A stretch of DNA of 64,000 nt from Chiloscyllium plagiosum (taxonomy: Eukaryota). Positions within the stretch are counted from its first letter, which is position 1. The number at the start of each line of letters is the position of its first letter. The translations under genes and the position numbers were made by a program. Of this stretch, positions 26,763 through 38,374 are shown in pieces. The DNA is taken from the NCBI RefSeq assembly GCF_004010195.1, contig NC_057750.1:14989273-15053272 (forward strand), given 5' to 3'. The notes under the pieces were generated by a model. The model made no database searches and was not told where the DNA came from. It saw nothing but the letters and a program-made list of their open reading frames with translations.

Positions 26763-26816
26763 CTCGTGGACTTCGGCAAGAACCTGATGCCCTGTGTCCC
26801 ACTGCAAGTTAACCCT
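26763..26816 (-). other. Candidate small upstream (5' UTR) exon of the TMEM229B-like gene
   Basis: - strand acceptor tcctttgctgaatcactttacag and donor GAG|gtgaat in unique sequence; splice signals only. Confidence 0.2.
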
Positions 26817-28049
26817 CTGTAAAGTGATTCAGCAAAGGATACCCGAAAGAATAATATACAGCCAGTGAACCCAGTTCACCTCCAGAGAACTGACAGAATT
26901 TGTTGAATGAAAAGGATCAATGTCACTACCACATTCCCCGCGGGTGCGTAGAAAGAAACATTTAAGGAAAGGAGTAGTTATGCCACTAGACCAGCAGCAG
27001 CATTAACGACGGGCACCAGTCAGCGAGACAACATCAGTAGCATGTGGTCGCCCATTATCAACACCACTATCGACCAACATCATCAGCAGGAGCAGTATCA
27101 GCAGCATGTGCTAACGTCACCGGCGAGTGGCACAGCATTAACAACATTACGCACAATTCTTGCAAGAGTCAGAGCAACCACATCATCTGGGCAGTGTGCC
27201 AACTCACCAGAGAGAGCAATGACTGTTAAATCTACAAGATAGAGGCACAACATCCGACCACTTTAACAATACCATGAATAATGTTTTGGGAAAACAAGTG
27301 AGAAAACGGTCTTAAATTTAATGATTAAAAGTTGATTACTAACCTCCTTTTGTTGCACCTAAAATAAAGGAAAGTTAATGGTTGGAACAGCTAAATTGAT
27401 AAAGTGGCATTATATTCTCATAAAATAAGAGAAATGTTGTATCATTAGATTATTTGTAAAGAGATAGGAACTAATGGCTCAGACAATGTCCATCCTGTTG
27501 CACTGCAGTCAGCTGTCGAGCAATAAATGGACAAGTTCACCAGCCACATGGAGAGTGCAGGAACTACACACAATGAAGGTCCAGACTTTGAAGTCTAAAA
27601 CAGTGATTATTTCGAGCAGGGAATAGCTCCTTCACCACAATTATATGGTGCAGAATGCAGCCATCCTCCCTGTGTCACCTCTTCCGTATCCAATTCATCC
27701 CATTCCCTGCCCTTTCCGACAGCCATGCAAACTGCTTTCTTTCTGAATTTTCATCCACTATTCTTTTGATCATCACACTGCCCTCTCAGTCAGCAAATTC
27801 CAGATCACAACAATTCTGTCTTTCAACAAAAAGGTTTCCTCAGGTCATTTGTCAACAACTTTAAATCATCGTCTTCTGGTAAGTGAACCATCTGTGCCTG
27901 GCCACAGTTTCTCCATAGTCTAGTCTTTCAATGCAGCTGAAGACTCACCCAGGAGACCTGAGCCAATACGTCTACTATAACACCTTCAAATCACTCCAAA
28001 CATTAGGTCATATTTTAGAAAGAATGAGATTGCACTAGAGAGGGTTCAT

Positions 28050-28625
28050 TTAAGATTTAACAAAATACAAGAACATGTCAGAGATAAGGAAGCCTGCAGT
28101 GAGTAACACACCTCCTGACCTTCCAAAGTATGTCCACCATCTCCAACATCCAGGTCAGATAAGTGTGATGGAATACTCCCCACTTGCCTGGATGAGTCCA
28201 ACTCCAAAGGTTCAACACCATTTGGGAAAAAAAGCAACCCACCTGACTGGCACCACATCCATAAGCACTCACTCCCTCTGCTACTGATGTTCAGGTGCAT
28301 CCTACAAGATGCAGGTTGAAAACTCACCAGAACTCCTGAGGCAGCACTTTCTAAACCATCTAGAAGGACAAGGGCATCAGATACATGGGAACATCAACCC
28401 CTACAAATTCCCCTCCAATCCACTCACTATCCTGACTTGATAATATATCACAATTTCTTCAGTGTCACTGGTCCAAAATCCTGGAATCCCCTCACTAAAA
28501 GCACTGTGGATGTACCTGCACCATACGAAATGCAGTGGTTCAATAAGGCAGCTCACCACCACCTTATCAAGGATGGGCAATAAATGCTGGACCAGCCAGC
28601 GACATCCACATTCCATGAATGAATT
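28050..28625 (+). mobile_element. LINE 3' end (L2/CR1-group partner of the Deu-type SINE tail)
   Basis: SVMEYSPLAWMS motif; tail ggcagctcaccaccacctt..ggatgggcaataaatgctgg..ccatgaatgaat. Confidence 0.65.
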
Positions 28626-28869
28626 TTTAAAAAACAAATTCAAATATCCCATATTCTGAACGAACGTCCTCATCAACTTGTCCTGCAAACTTCAAACATT
28701 GATGCAGGTACAACTTCAGGTCTTCATCTTCCTGCAGCCGCTTTAAAATTGCACATGTAGTCTATAAAAACTTTCGCTACTCTTTCTACCAAATGCATTG
28801 CTTCATTCCTGTCTGCATTAGGTTTCATCAGCCAATTCCTCAACCTGACTGTGTCCTACATCACTAGTG

Positions 28870-29525
28870 CTGCGGTGGAGATGGTCAAATGCATCAAGTT
28901 CCAAGCAGTGATGATCATCAACAGTCTGTCCTGGTCCGTTGACATTAATGCTATGGTCAAGAAAGCACAACAACACCTCAACTTCCTCAGGAGGCTAAGG
29001 AAATTCAGCATGTCCTTAAAGACTTTTATAACTGCACCATAGAAAGCATCTTATCTGGATGCTTGGTACGGCAACTATTCTGCCCGGAACCTTAAGAAAC
29101 TACAGAGTGTTGTGAACACAGCCGAGTCCATCTCGCAAGCCAACTTTCCATCCATTGACTCATCTACACTTCTCACTGTCTTGGGAAAGTAGCCAACTAA
29201 TCAAAGGCCCCTCGCACGCCGGTTATAATCCTTTTCAACCACTTCCATTGGGTAGAAGATACAAAAGTTAAACACACATACCAACAGACTCAAGAACAGC
29301 TTCTTCCCTGCTGTTATTAGACTTCTGAGTGGACCTCTAAAATTTTAAATTTAATGTTGATCTCACTCTTTGTACACCTTCTCTGCAGCCATGACATTGT
29401 ATTCTTCGCTCTGTTCCATTACCCTGATGCACTTTGTATGATATGATCTGCCTGTCCTGCACACAAAACAAAACTTTTCACTGTACCTAAGTACATATGA
29501 CAATAATAAATCAAATCAAATCAAA
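28870..29525 (+). mobile_element. Rex1/Babar-type LINE 3' fragment
   Basis: LSWSVDINAMVKKAQQHLNFLRRLRKF; tail aataaatcaaatcaaatcaaa; homologous to 44490-45156. Confidence 0.75.
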
Positions 29526-30279
29526 AAATCCTCCAGTCATTATCCTCCTTACTGTTTACCGCACTGGGGGGGGGGGGTTGATTAATGGGGGCTACAGGGG
29601 TCTCAGCTGCTTAGTGGACACCCAGTGAGACCCCTGCATTGCCTCCTTTAGACTATTTCCTTATTCCATCTGTCAAATCACGAGTCATTCAGGAAATGAA
29701 CAGGTCACTGGCATACCTGGTATGGTATCAGGGCCCCAGATACTGGAGGTCTCACTCATTGAAGCTTTGCTCAATAGCTGCTGCTGTAAGATTTATACCC
29801 ACTAGAAGGTCGCGTCCAAGCCAGAGGGAAGTGGTGGGGGCTGTTACAGGCTGGGGACATTAGGGAGGGTGTTGTAAAGAGCGATCAGCAACAAGGGCAA
29901 GAGGCTGTCTACCAGGGCTCCCCCTGCCTGAAGCTGGGTCCCTCAATCATGCACTAAGTGTCCCCTTCCCTCGACCCAGCAGACCACAAGGAAGTTGCAA
30001 AGATTTGCTCATTGCGAGCCCTGCGCTGTGCAAGTCTAACCGCTGCAAGCACAAACTTAGTCATTTAAAAGACTCATTCAGTCGCCAAGTGGGAAGGCTG
30101 TCCAGGGACCTACCCATCACACACCTAATTGGGGCGTAGACAGGGAGGTGGAAAGCTTCCCAGTTTCCACCATAGTATCCAGACAAATGCCTCCTCAACT
30201 CTGTACAATCCACAGTGGAATAGGATTTAAAAAATGGCCCTGCATTCAGGTTTGGTCCTCTGCGAACTTGCACACTTTC

Positions 30280-30900
30280 TTCGATTCTTCAACCTATTCA
30301 GTCTCTCCACCCACTGGCACTCACCGGGACGCCCTCCTTGCTTTCTCTTGCTCTGAACAGGAGCTCAACTGGATTCCACCCAACCCCAACCTCTGCTGCT
30401 GTCTCACATTTCACACACTTTAAACAACTTCACTTTTTAAACTCCATTCACTTCCTCCAGGTCACTGGTGTTGCTATGGGAATGCGCACGTGTTTGAACT
30501 ATGTCCCAGTTCCAAACCTCCTGAGGGCCTTTGTCTGACCACTTCCTCAATATTGTCAGTGCTGCTTCTGAATCTCACTGTCACTGGGACATCTACTTCA
30601 TTAATAATGGCTACTAAACTGGCAGGAACTCTCCTGACACAGAGGTCCCTCCCTAAGGAGCTCTCCTTCTCCTGACCTTCCCAAAGACACGCACTAACAG
30701 CTGCTTGTAGCTATTTAGCCACTGGTCTGCACAACCACATGGAAATCCAATCTGGAAGTCTTCCTATTATCACCCGGCCCTCATCTTAACCTGCTCATCT
30801 CTGATAATTCCATCTCAGTCATGAACTCCTCTCTCGATTTGACTTATGTTTCTGCCACCCGCCTCTTGTACAGATCCTTCATCCTTAATACCAGCAATAC
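30280..30900 (+). mobile_element. Old Penelope-like RT fragment
   Basis: FLNSIHFLQVTGVAMGMR resembles the PLE RT motif QxxGxAMG; heavily degraded. Confidence 0.5.
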
Positions 30901-31097
30901 ACACCCAACCCATCAGCTTTACTCAAAACTTGCTTTTGTTAAAAAAAGAACTGCAGATGCTGGAAATCATAAACCAAATCAGAAATTGCTGGAAAATGTC
31001 AGTAGGTTTGCCTCAGGTTAATCCTTTCATGGGATGTGGGGCCATCTCTGCCCATCCCTAATTGCCCTTGAACTGTGTAACGTTCAGCCATTTCAGA

Positions 31098-31307
31098 TGA
31101 GAAAGTGAGGACTGCAGATGCTGGAGATCAGAGTCGAGAGAGTGGTGCTGGAAAAGCACAGCAAGCCAAGCAGCATCTGAGGAGCAGGAAAATTGATGTT
31201 TCGGGTATAAGCCCTTCATCAGGAATGGCCAATGCCCAAAACATCGATTTTTCTGCTCTTCAGATGCTGCCTGACCCGCTGTGCTTTTCTAGCACCACAC
31301 TGTCAAC
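31098..31307 (+). mobile_element. Short fold-back element, family B, inserted in a Deu-type SINE
   Basis: TSD tcagccatttcaga at 31084-31097 and 31308-31321; - strand CTGATGAagggcttatacccGAAAcaTC at about 31195-31222. Confidence 0.85.
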
Positions 31308-32099
31308 TCAGCCATTTCAGAGGGCAGTTAGGAGGGCAGTGGATCTGGTGTCACATGGAGACCAGACTCTGAAGGACATGAACAAACCAGATGGATTTTT
31401 CCAACAATCAATGATAGTTTCATGGTCACTGACACTACAGTTGGTTTTTAATTCCTGATTTTGTTAATTGAATTTGAATTCCACTAGGTGCCATAGTGGG
31501 ATTTGAACTCATGATGCCACAGCATTCATTAGCCTGTGGGCCTCTGGATCAGTGAAATTATTATTACACTACCATCTACTAATTGACCACAGGCAGGTAG
31601 CGACCACTGATGATGGAGTGGGGTGGACGTATGTGGTTAAACCACCCCCAGTATGTTTCCACCAGCTATTTCCATCAGTCCAACCCTAGTCAGGTCTGAA
31701 CACAATTATTCAAAAGGCTAGCCATCCTCAACAAACTCCCTTGGGTCCAAGCCACAGCGAACTGCACTGTATTCTGCATGAAGTCGCATTCATCCATCAT
31801 GGACCAACATTGGATGCTGCCCTATCACATATAAAATTGTAACTATTTGCTCTTAGCAAATTCTCTCCTGGCCTTGCTGCATTCCCCTCTGCAATGTTCT
31901 CCAAATCTTACTTACAGCATCCTTTGGTTCTCAGACTCTGAATTGTCTTTCTCTCTTTGTCTGACCAGGGGGTGGATCCTTTGGTGGCATTGATTTCACT
32001 CACCACCCACTTTCCTCTGCACGGCCTCAAAACCCATCTTCCCATCAGGTTTTGGTCATCTCTTATCAGTCTCTTCCTCTCTTATATCCACATCTTCTC

Positions 32100-33080
32100 G
32101 AGAATCATAGATCCAACTCAGGAGGAGGTCATTTAGCCCACTGGGTCTGTGCCATCTCTCTGAATGAGTAATTCACCCATTTATACTCCCCCACCTTCTC
32201 CATATAGCTCTGCATGTTCCCTTTTAATCACTCCCTTTTGATTTAGACCACAATCAATAGTCTCTCAGGCAGAGCACTCCAGATCCTAAGAACTTGCAGC
32301 GTGAAAATGTTTCTCCTAATGTCCTCATTCTTCTTTTGCCAATTACCTTCGATCTGTGCCCACTCATTCTTGATCCTTCTATCAATGGGAACAGTTTCAC
32401 CATCTCTATTCTGTCCAGGCCCCTCATGATTTCGAACATCTCCATCAAATCTCCTGTCAACCTTTTTTTTTTAAAATGCAATGGAAACAGTCCCAGCCTC
32501 TCTGATCTCAATTCATAGAATACATACAGTGCAGAAAGTGGGCATTTGGTCCATTGAGTCCACACTGACCCTCTAGAGAGCATCCCATACAGACTCAGCT
32601 CCCCATCCTATCCCTGACCCTGCATTTCCCATGGCTAATCCACCTAGCCCAGCATATCCCGAAAAACTATGAACAATTTAGCATGACCAATCCACCTCAC
32701 CTACACATCTTTGGACTGTAGGCAGAAACAGACACAGGGAGAACATGCAATCTCCACACAGACAGTCACCTAGGTCCAATCTCAAGACCTGGAACTGAAC
32801 CCAGGTCCCTGGCGTTGTGAGGCAGCAGTACGAACCACTGTGCCATCATGCTGCCTCTAATCTATCCACCTTTCTTTTATCTACTTATGTAATTGAAGTT
32901 CTTCATCCCTGGAACCATTCCTGTAAAATCTTTTCTGCAACTTCGCCAATGCCTTCACATCTAAATCCACAACAATATTCCATTTGATACAAATTTATCA
33001 TTAACTCATTATATCCCCACTAATACAGCCCAGTATGCTTTCTGAATCATTCTCTTAATACGTCTTACCACCTTCAGCAG
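32100..33080 (-). mobile_element. CR1-type LINE 3' portion with HE1 SINE inserted at about 32517-32855
   Basis: RLTGDLMEMFEIMRGLDRI..LFPLIEGSRMSGH; HE1 reverse complement inside. Confidence 0.75.
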
Positions 33081-33590
33081 CTCAAAGCTCAGAGATGTCT
33101 TTCTTAGGCCCCTGCTTTACTGCAAAGACTAACACTGTTAAACAAGTCTCCATTTCCTTATTTTCATCAACAATATCACTGTTATCTGCTTTCAACAGAC
33201 TTACATTTACTTAACCACATGCTAATTTGCATATCATTTATGGTACTTTACAGACAATGAGCTTATTTCAGAGAACATACTTTTTCTCAACTCCATTGGT
33301 CTCCATTTAAATAATTCCTTCTGGTGTTCAACCACATGGTCATTTCCCCTTCTGAATTCTCTTCTCTGGTTGCATTTTAGTTCATTCAAAACATTTTTGA
33401 ATCCATTTAGGCATTGCTATATTTATGTCTTAGCAATTATTCTTCTAAACCTTATTACAATGTGATTGCTATTACCGCAATGTTCCTCGATGCTGATTTC
33501 TCTTTTCAAATTCACTAGTGGGACCATCTCTCAACATCCCACATCAATCTGTTGATGAGGGCAAGGTGCATCCACAAGCTAACCTGTTCA

Positions 33591-33938
33591 TAGGATCCCT
33601 GCAGTGTGGTAGCAGGCCATTTGGCCCTTCACCAACCCTCTGAAGAGGAGCCCACCCCGGCACACCCCCCACCCATCCTATCCCTTGTAACCCTGCATTT
33701 CCCAGGGCTAACCCACCAGCCTGCACATCCCTGGACACTGTGGGCAATTTAGCATGGCCAATCCACCTAACCTGCATATCTTTGGACTGTGGGAGGAAAC
33801 CAGAGCACCCGGAGGAAACCCACGCAGACATGTGAGGGGGAAACGTGGAAGCTGCACACAGTCACCCAAGGGTGGAATCGAATGCCGGTCCCCAGTGCTA
33901 CGAGATAGGAGTGCTAACCACTAAGTCACCGGACCACC
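33591..33938 (-). mobile_element. HE1-type SINE
   Basis: gggcaatttagcatggccaatccacctaacctgca..ggaggaaaccagagcacccggaggaaaccc. Confidence 0.85.
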
Positions 33939-34040
33939 CCCCTATATGGATGCCTCTCAACTTAACCTTATTGGGCACCTCTCAACTCAACTTGACGACA
34001 GGGGACTCGGGGGGGGGGGGTCACCTCTCAACCTAACCTG

Positions 34041-34300
34041 NNNNNNNNNNNNNNNNNNNNNNNNNNNNNNNNNNNNNNNNNNNNNNNNNNNNNNNNNNNN
34101 NNNNNNNNNNNNNNNNNNNNNNNNNNNNNNNNNNNNNNNNNNNNNNNNNNNNNNNNNNNNNNNNNNNNNNNNNNNNNNNNNNNNNNNNNNNNNNNNNNNN
34201 NNNNNNNNNNNNNNNNNNNNNNNNNNNNNNNNNNNNNNNNNNNNNNNNNNNNNNNNNNNNNNNNNNNNNNNNNNNNNNNNNNNNNNNNNNNNNNNNNNNN
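34041..34300. other. Assembly gap
   Basis: 260 N. Confidence 1.
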
Positions 34301-35640
34301 GGCTGGAGCAGCTGGTGCACAGGGAGAGGTCAGGGCTGGAGCAGCTGGTGCTCATGGAGAGGTCAGGGCTGGAGCAGCTGGTGCTCATGGAGAGGTCAGG
34401 GCTGGAGCAGCTGGTGCTCATGGAGAGGTCAGGGCTGGAGCAGCTGGTGCTCATGGAGAGGTCAGGGCTGGAGCAGCTGGTGCTCATGGAGAGGTCAGGG
34501 CTGGAGCAGCTGGTGCTCATGGAGAGGTCAGGGCTGGAGCAGCTGGTGCTCATGGAGAGGTCAGGGCTGGAGCAGCTGGTGCTCATGGAGAGGTCAGGGC
34601 TGGAGCAGCTGGTGCACAGGGAGAGGTCAGGGCTGGAGCAGCTGGTGCTCATGGAGAGGTCAGGGCTGGAGCAGCTGGTGCTCATGGAGAGGTCAGGGCT
34701 GGAGCAGCTGGTGCTCATGGAGAGGTCAGGGCTGGAGCAGCTGGTGCTCATGGAGAGGTCAGGGCTGGAGCAGCTGGTGCTCATGGAGAGGTCAGGGCTG
34801 GAGCAGCTGGTGCTCATGGAGAGGTCAGGGCTGGAGCAGCTGGTGCTCATGGAGAGGTCAGGGCTGGAGCAGCTGGTGCTCATGGAGAGGTCAGGGCTGG
34901 AGCAGCTGGTGCACAGGGAGAGGTCACGGCTGGAGCAGCTGGTGCACAGGGAGAGGTCACGGCTGGAGCAGCTGGTGCACAGGGAGAGGTCACGGCTGGA
35001 GCAGCTGGTGCACAGGGAGAGGTCACGGCTGGAGCAGCTGGTGCACAGGGAGAGGTCACGGCTGGAGCAGCTGGTGAGGTCAGAGCTGGAGCAGCTGGTG
35101 CACCGGGAGAGGTCAGGGCTGGAGCAGCTGGTGCACAGGCAGAGGTCAGGGCTGGAGCAGCTGGTGCACAGGCAGAGGTCAGGGCTGGAGCAGCTGGTGC
35201 ACAGGGAGAGGTCAGGGCTGGAGCAGCTGGTGCACAGGGAGAGGTCAGGGCTGGAGCAGCTGGTGCACAGGGAGAGGTCAGGGCTGGAGCAGCTGGTGCA
35301 CAGGCAGAGGTCAGGGCTGGAGCAGCTGGTGCACAGGGAGAGGTCGCAGCTGGTGCACCGGGAGAGGTCAGAGCTGGAGCAGCTGGTGCACAGGGAGAGG
35401 TCAGGGCTGGAGCAACTGGTGCACAGGGAGAGGTCAGAGCTGGAGCAACTGGTGCACAGGGAGAGGTCGGAGCTGGAGCAGCTGGTGCACAGGGAGAGGT
35501 CGGAGCTGGAGCAGCTGGTGCACAGGGAGAGGTCAGAACTGGAGCAACTGGTGCACAGGGAGAGGTCGGAGCTGAAGCACAGGGAGAGATCAGAGCTGCA
35601 CAGTTAGAGGTGAGGTCTGCACAGGGAGACGTCAGAGTTA
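34301..35640. repeat. 33-bp minisatellite, about 40 copies
   Basis: Unit gggctggagcagctggtgc(tcat/acag)ggagaggtca; homogeneous next to the gap, decaying toward 35640. Confidence 0.97.
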
Positions 35641-36047
35641 CACTCTTGAACTATTAAACATATTCACAGGCAGGTAAGAGTCTGTGCTAACCTTAAATTA
35701 CTAGATTACAAGGAGCAGCTGTTTCCATTAGCATGCTATGCTTCAAGTGATCTAAGGGAAGATGGAGTCTGTGATCTTTCTACCCTCAAGTCACGTGGTT
35801 ACGATACAGTGATGATATACTTCTTAAAGACATATTGATACATTTTCCGTGAGATATACAATTAGAGATGCCCACATCTCGCAAATTAAGTTTTAAAAGG
35901 ATATCCTGTGCAGGCTAAGACTATGCCACTCTTGGTCTTTCTATGCCATGGTTGGACAGAAAGTTGAGAGCTTAATCTCTTCACCTCTTTTCCAAGGTGA
36001 TTCACCACAACTGTCCCCTCCCTTTATATTCAGTTTGGCTCCAATTA

Positions 36048-36857
36048 TAGAGTCATAGAGATGTACAGCATGGAAATAGACCCTTTAGTCCAACCCGTCC
36101 ATGCTGACCAGATATCCCAACCCAATCTAGTCCCACCTGCCAGCACTCGGCCCATATCCCTCCAAACCCTTCCTACTCATATACCCATCCAAATGCCTCT
36201 TAAATGTTGCAATTGTANNNNNNNNNNNNNNNNNNNNNNNNNNNNNNNNNNNNNNNNNNNNNNNNNNNNNNNNNNNNNNNNNNNNNNNNNNNNNNNNNNN
36301 NNNNNNNNNNNNNNNNNNNNNNNNNNNNNNNNNNNNNNNNNNNNNNNNNNNNNNNNNNNNNNNNNNNNNNNNNNNNNNNNNNNNNNNNNNNNNNNNNNNN
36401 NNNNNNNNNNNNNNNNNNNNNNNNNNNNNNNNNNNNNNNNNNNNNNNNNNNNNNNNNNNNNNNNNNNNNNNNNNNNNNNNNNNNNNNNNNNNNNNNNNNN
36501 NNNNNNNNNNNNNNNNNNNNNNNNNNNNNNNNNNNNNNNNNNNNNNNNNNNNNNNCAACACTCCCTAGGACCTTACCATTAAGTGTATAAGTCCTGCTAA
36601 GATTTGCTTTCCCAAAATGCAGCACCTCGCATTTATCTGAATTAAACTCCATCTGCCACTTCTCAGCCCATTGGCCCATCTGGTCCAGATCCTGTTGTAA
36701 TCTGAGGTAACCCTCTTAGCTGTCCACTACACCTCCAATTTTGGTGCCATCCACAAACTTACTAACTGTACCTCTTATGCTCACATCCAAATCATTTATG
36801 TAAATGACAAAAAGTAGAGGGCCCAGCACCGATCCTTGTGGCACGCCACTGGTCACA
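36048..36857 (-). mobile_element. Young CR1/HER1-type LINE, contains a gap at 36218-36555
   Basis: VTSGVPQGSVLGPLLFVIYINDLD..SKFVDGTK, WAEKWQMEFNSDKCEVLHFG; tail atagagtcatagag. Confidence 0.9.
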
Positions 36858-37689
36858 TTCCCCCAAACCTCAGTAACGTCACCCTGGCCTGGGTTTAGTT
36901 GTTGCCATCCTTGGTCAAATGCTGTCTTAATGTCAAGGAGAGTAACCCTCACCTCATCTGTTTGGTTCAGCTTTTGGACCAAGGTCGTATTGAGGTTTGA
37001 AACGCAGACCTCCTGGGAAAAACCAGAGCATTAGTGAACAGGTTAATGCATTGTAGGTGCAGCTTGGTAGCATGGTTCATGGTGCTGTTGATGGTCAAGC
37101 GTAGACTCATGGGGCTGGGTTGGTTTGTCCTGCTCCTTGTACACAGGATAAACCTAAGCAACTTTCCATATTGTCAGAAGAAACCGGTGTAGTAGATGCA
37201 CTGGAACAGTTTGACTAAGGTCGTCGCTTATTCTTTAGTTCTGTCACCATAAGCATCCATAGCCTTTGTAGTAACCAGTGTCTTCAGTCTAGTTACATGG
37301 AATCAATCCAACTGACTGTGGATAAACATGGGATACGGGTAAGGGTAGGTCTCTATAGATGAGGTAAAGAACCAAACAATACAGGGAGATTATTCGGCCC
37401 CCCCTCAGCCATTCTGTACCTTCTCCTCAAACAAGCAATTTCCACTCCCTTGCTTTTCCCCCACAATCCCCACAGATGTTCCTTTGTAAGCTCAATTTTC
37501 TTTTGAAGTTCACTGTTAAAACTGTTCCATCCTTTTCCCTTCAGGCCAGACCTTCCAGACTTAGGCATCTCACCACAGAAAATATTCTTATCGCCACTCA
37601 TCTCTTTTTCTTTTCCCATTTGATTTAAATCTGTAATGTTGGGTCACTTCCTGGGGAGTGTCCCACTTAGATTACTTGATCAAAGCCTC

Positions 37690-37920
37690 AGTCAATTTTT
37701 AATACCTCTTCTAAATTTCTCTTGATTTTCTTTGTCAATCCTCTTTGGCATCTTACATACCTCAATTCGATCTCCTCTCATCCTTCTAAACTCTAGCATG
37801 TATCGGCCTAAATTGTTGAATCTCTCCTCATCAGACAAGCTAAGAAACAATCCCACCCATTCCAATCTCACTTCCACGTTCCTGGCATCAATTTGATGAA
37901 TCACTTTCAAAGGGTTTGAA
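37690..37920 (-). mobile_element. CR1-type LINE fragment
   Basis: LEFRRMRGDRIEVCKM. Confidence 0.6.
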
Positions 37921-38374
37921 GACTCTCCCACAGTGTGGTGTCCCAGAAAGGATGAAGGGTCCAGGTGAGGACTGTCGGTATAAAGTTTACCACAACTTCC
38001 TTGTTTATAGTGCTCTATTAACAAAGGGAAGGGCTCATTATATTTTTTTTAACAACCTAATCTTCAACTCACCATCCTCTGACCATATTTCCACGTCAGG
38101 AAGATTGGAAACTTCTGCCTATGATCTCTGGTATTTATATCCTCAGTCACATCCTAGCCGGACCACGTGACTCTCCACACACTCGCGTACAGGAGCAAGG
38201 ATCGAACCATAGGGTCACAGAGACCAACAGGACAGAAAAAGGCCCACCAAGTCTGCACCGAACCAAAGCAACCACCTAATTATTCTAATCCCAATTTCCA
38301 CCACTTGGCCTATCGCCTTGTATGTTTTGGCATCGCAAGTGTACATCTAATGCTTCTTAAATGGTGAGGTTTCT

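Noticed and set aside
26433..26822. ORF with CKECDVAL, reminiscent of a piggyBac cysteine-rich tail
   Set aside because: Other cysteines absent, no transposase or TIRs seen, and the 5' part is a LINE tail.
26990..27242. Gln/Thr-rich short ORFs
   Set aside because: Low-complexity cag/caa/cat sequence with no splice or homology support.
33946..35607. 553-aa ORF (and the 298-aa antisense ORF) as a gene
   Set aside because: Spans an N gap and a stop-free tandem repeat; kept only as a low-interest finding.
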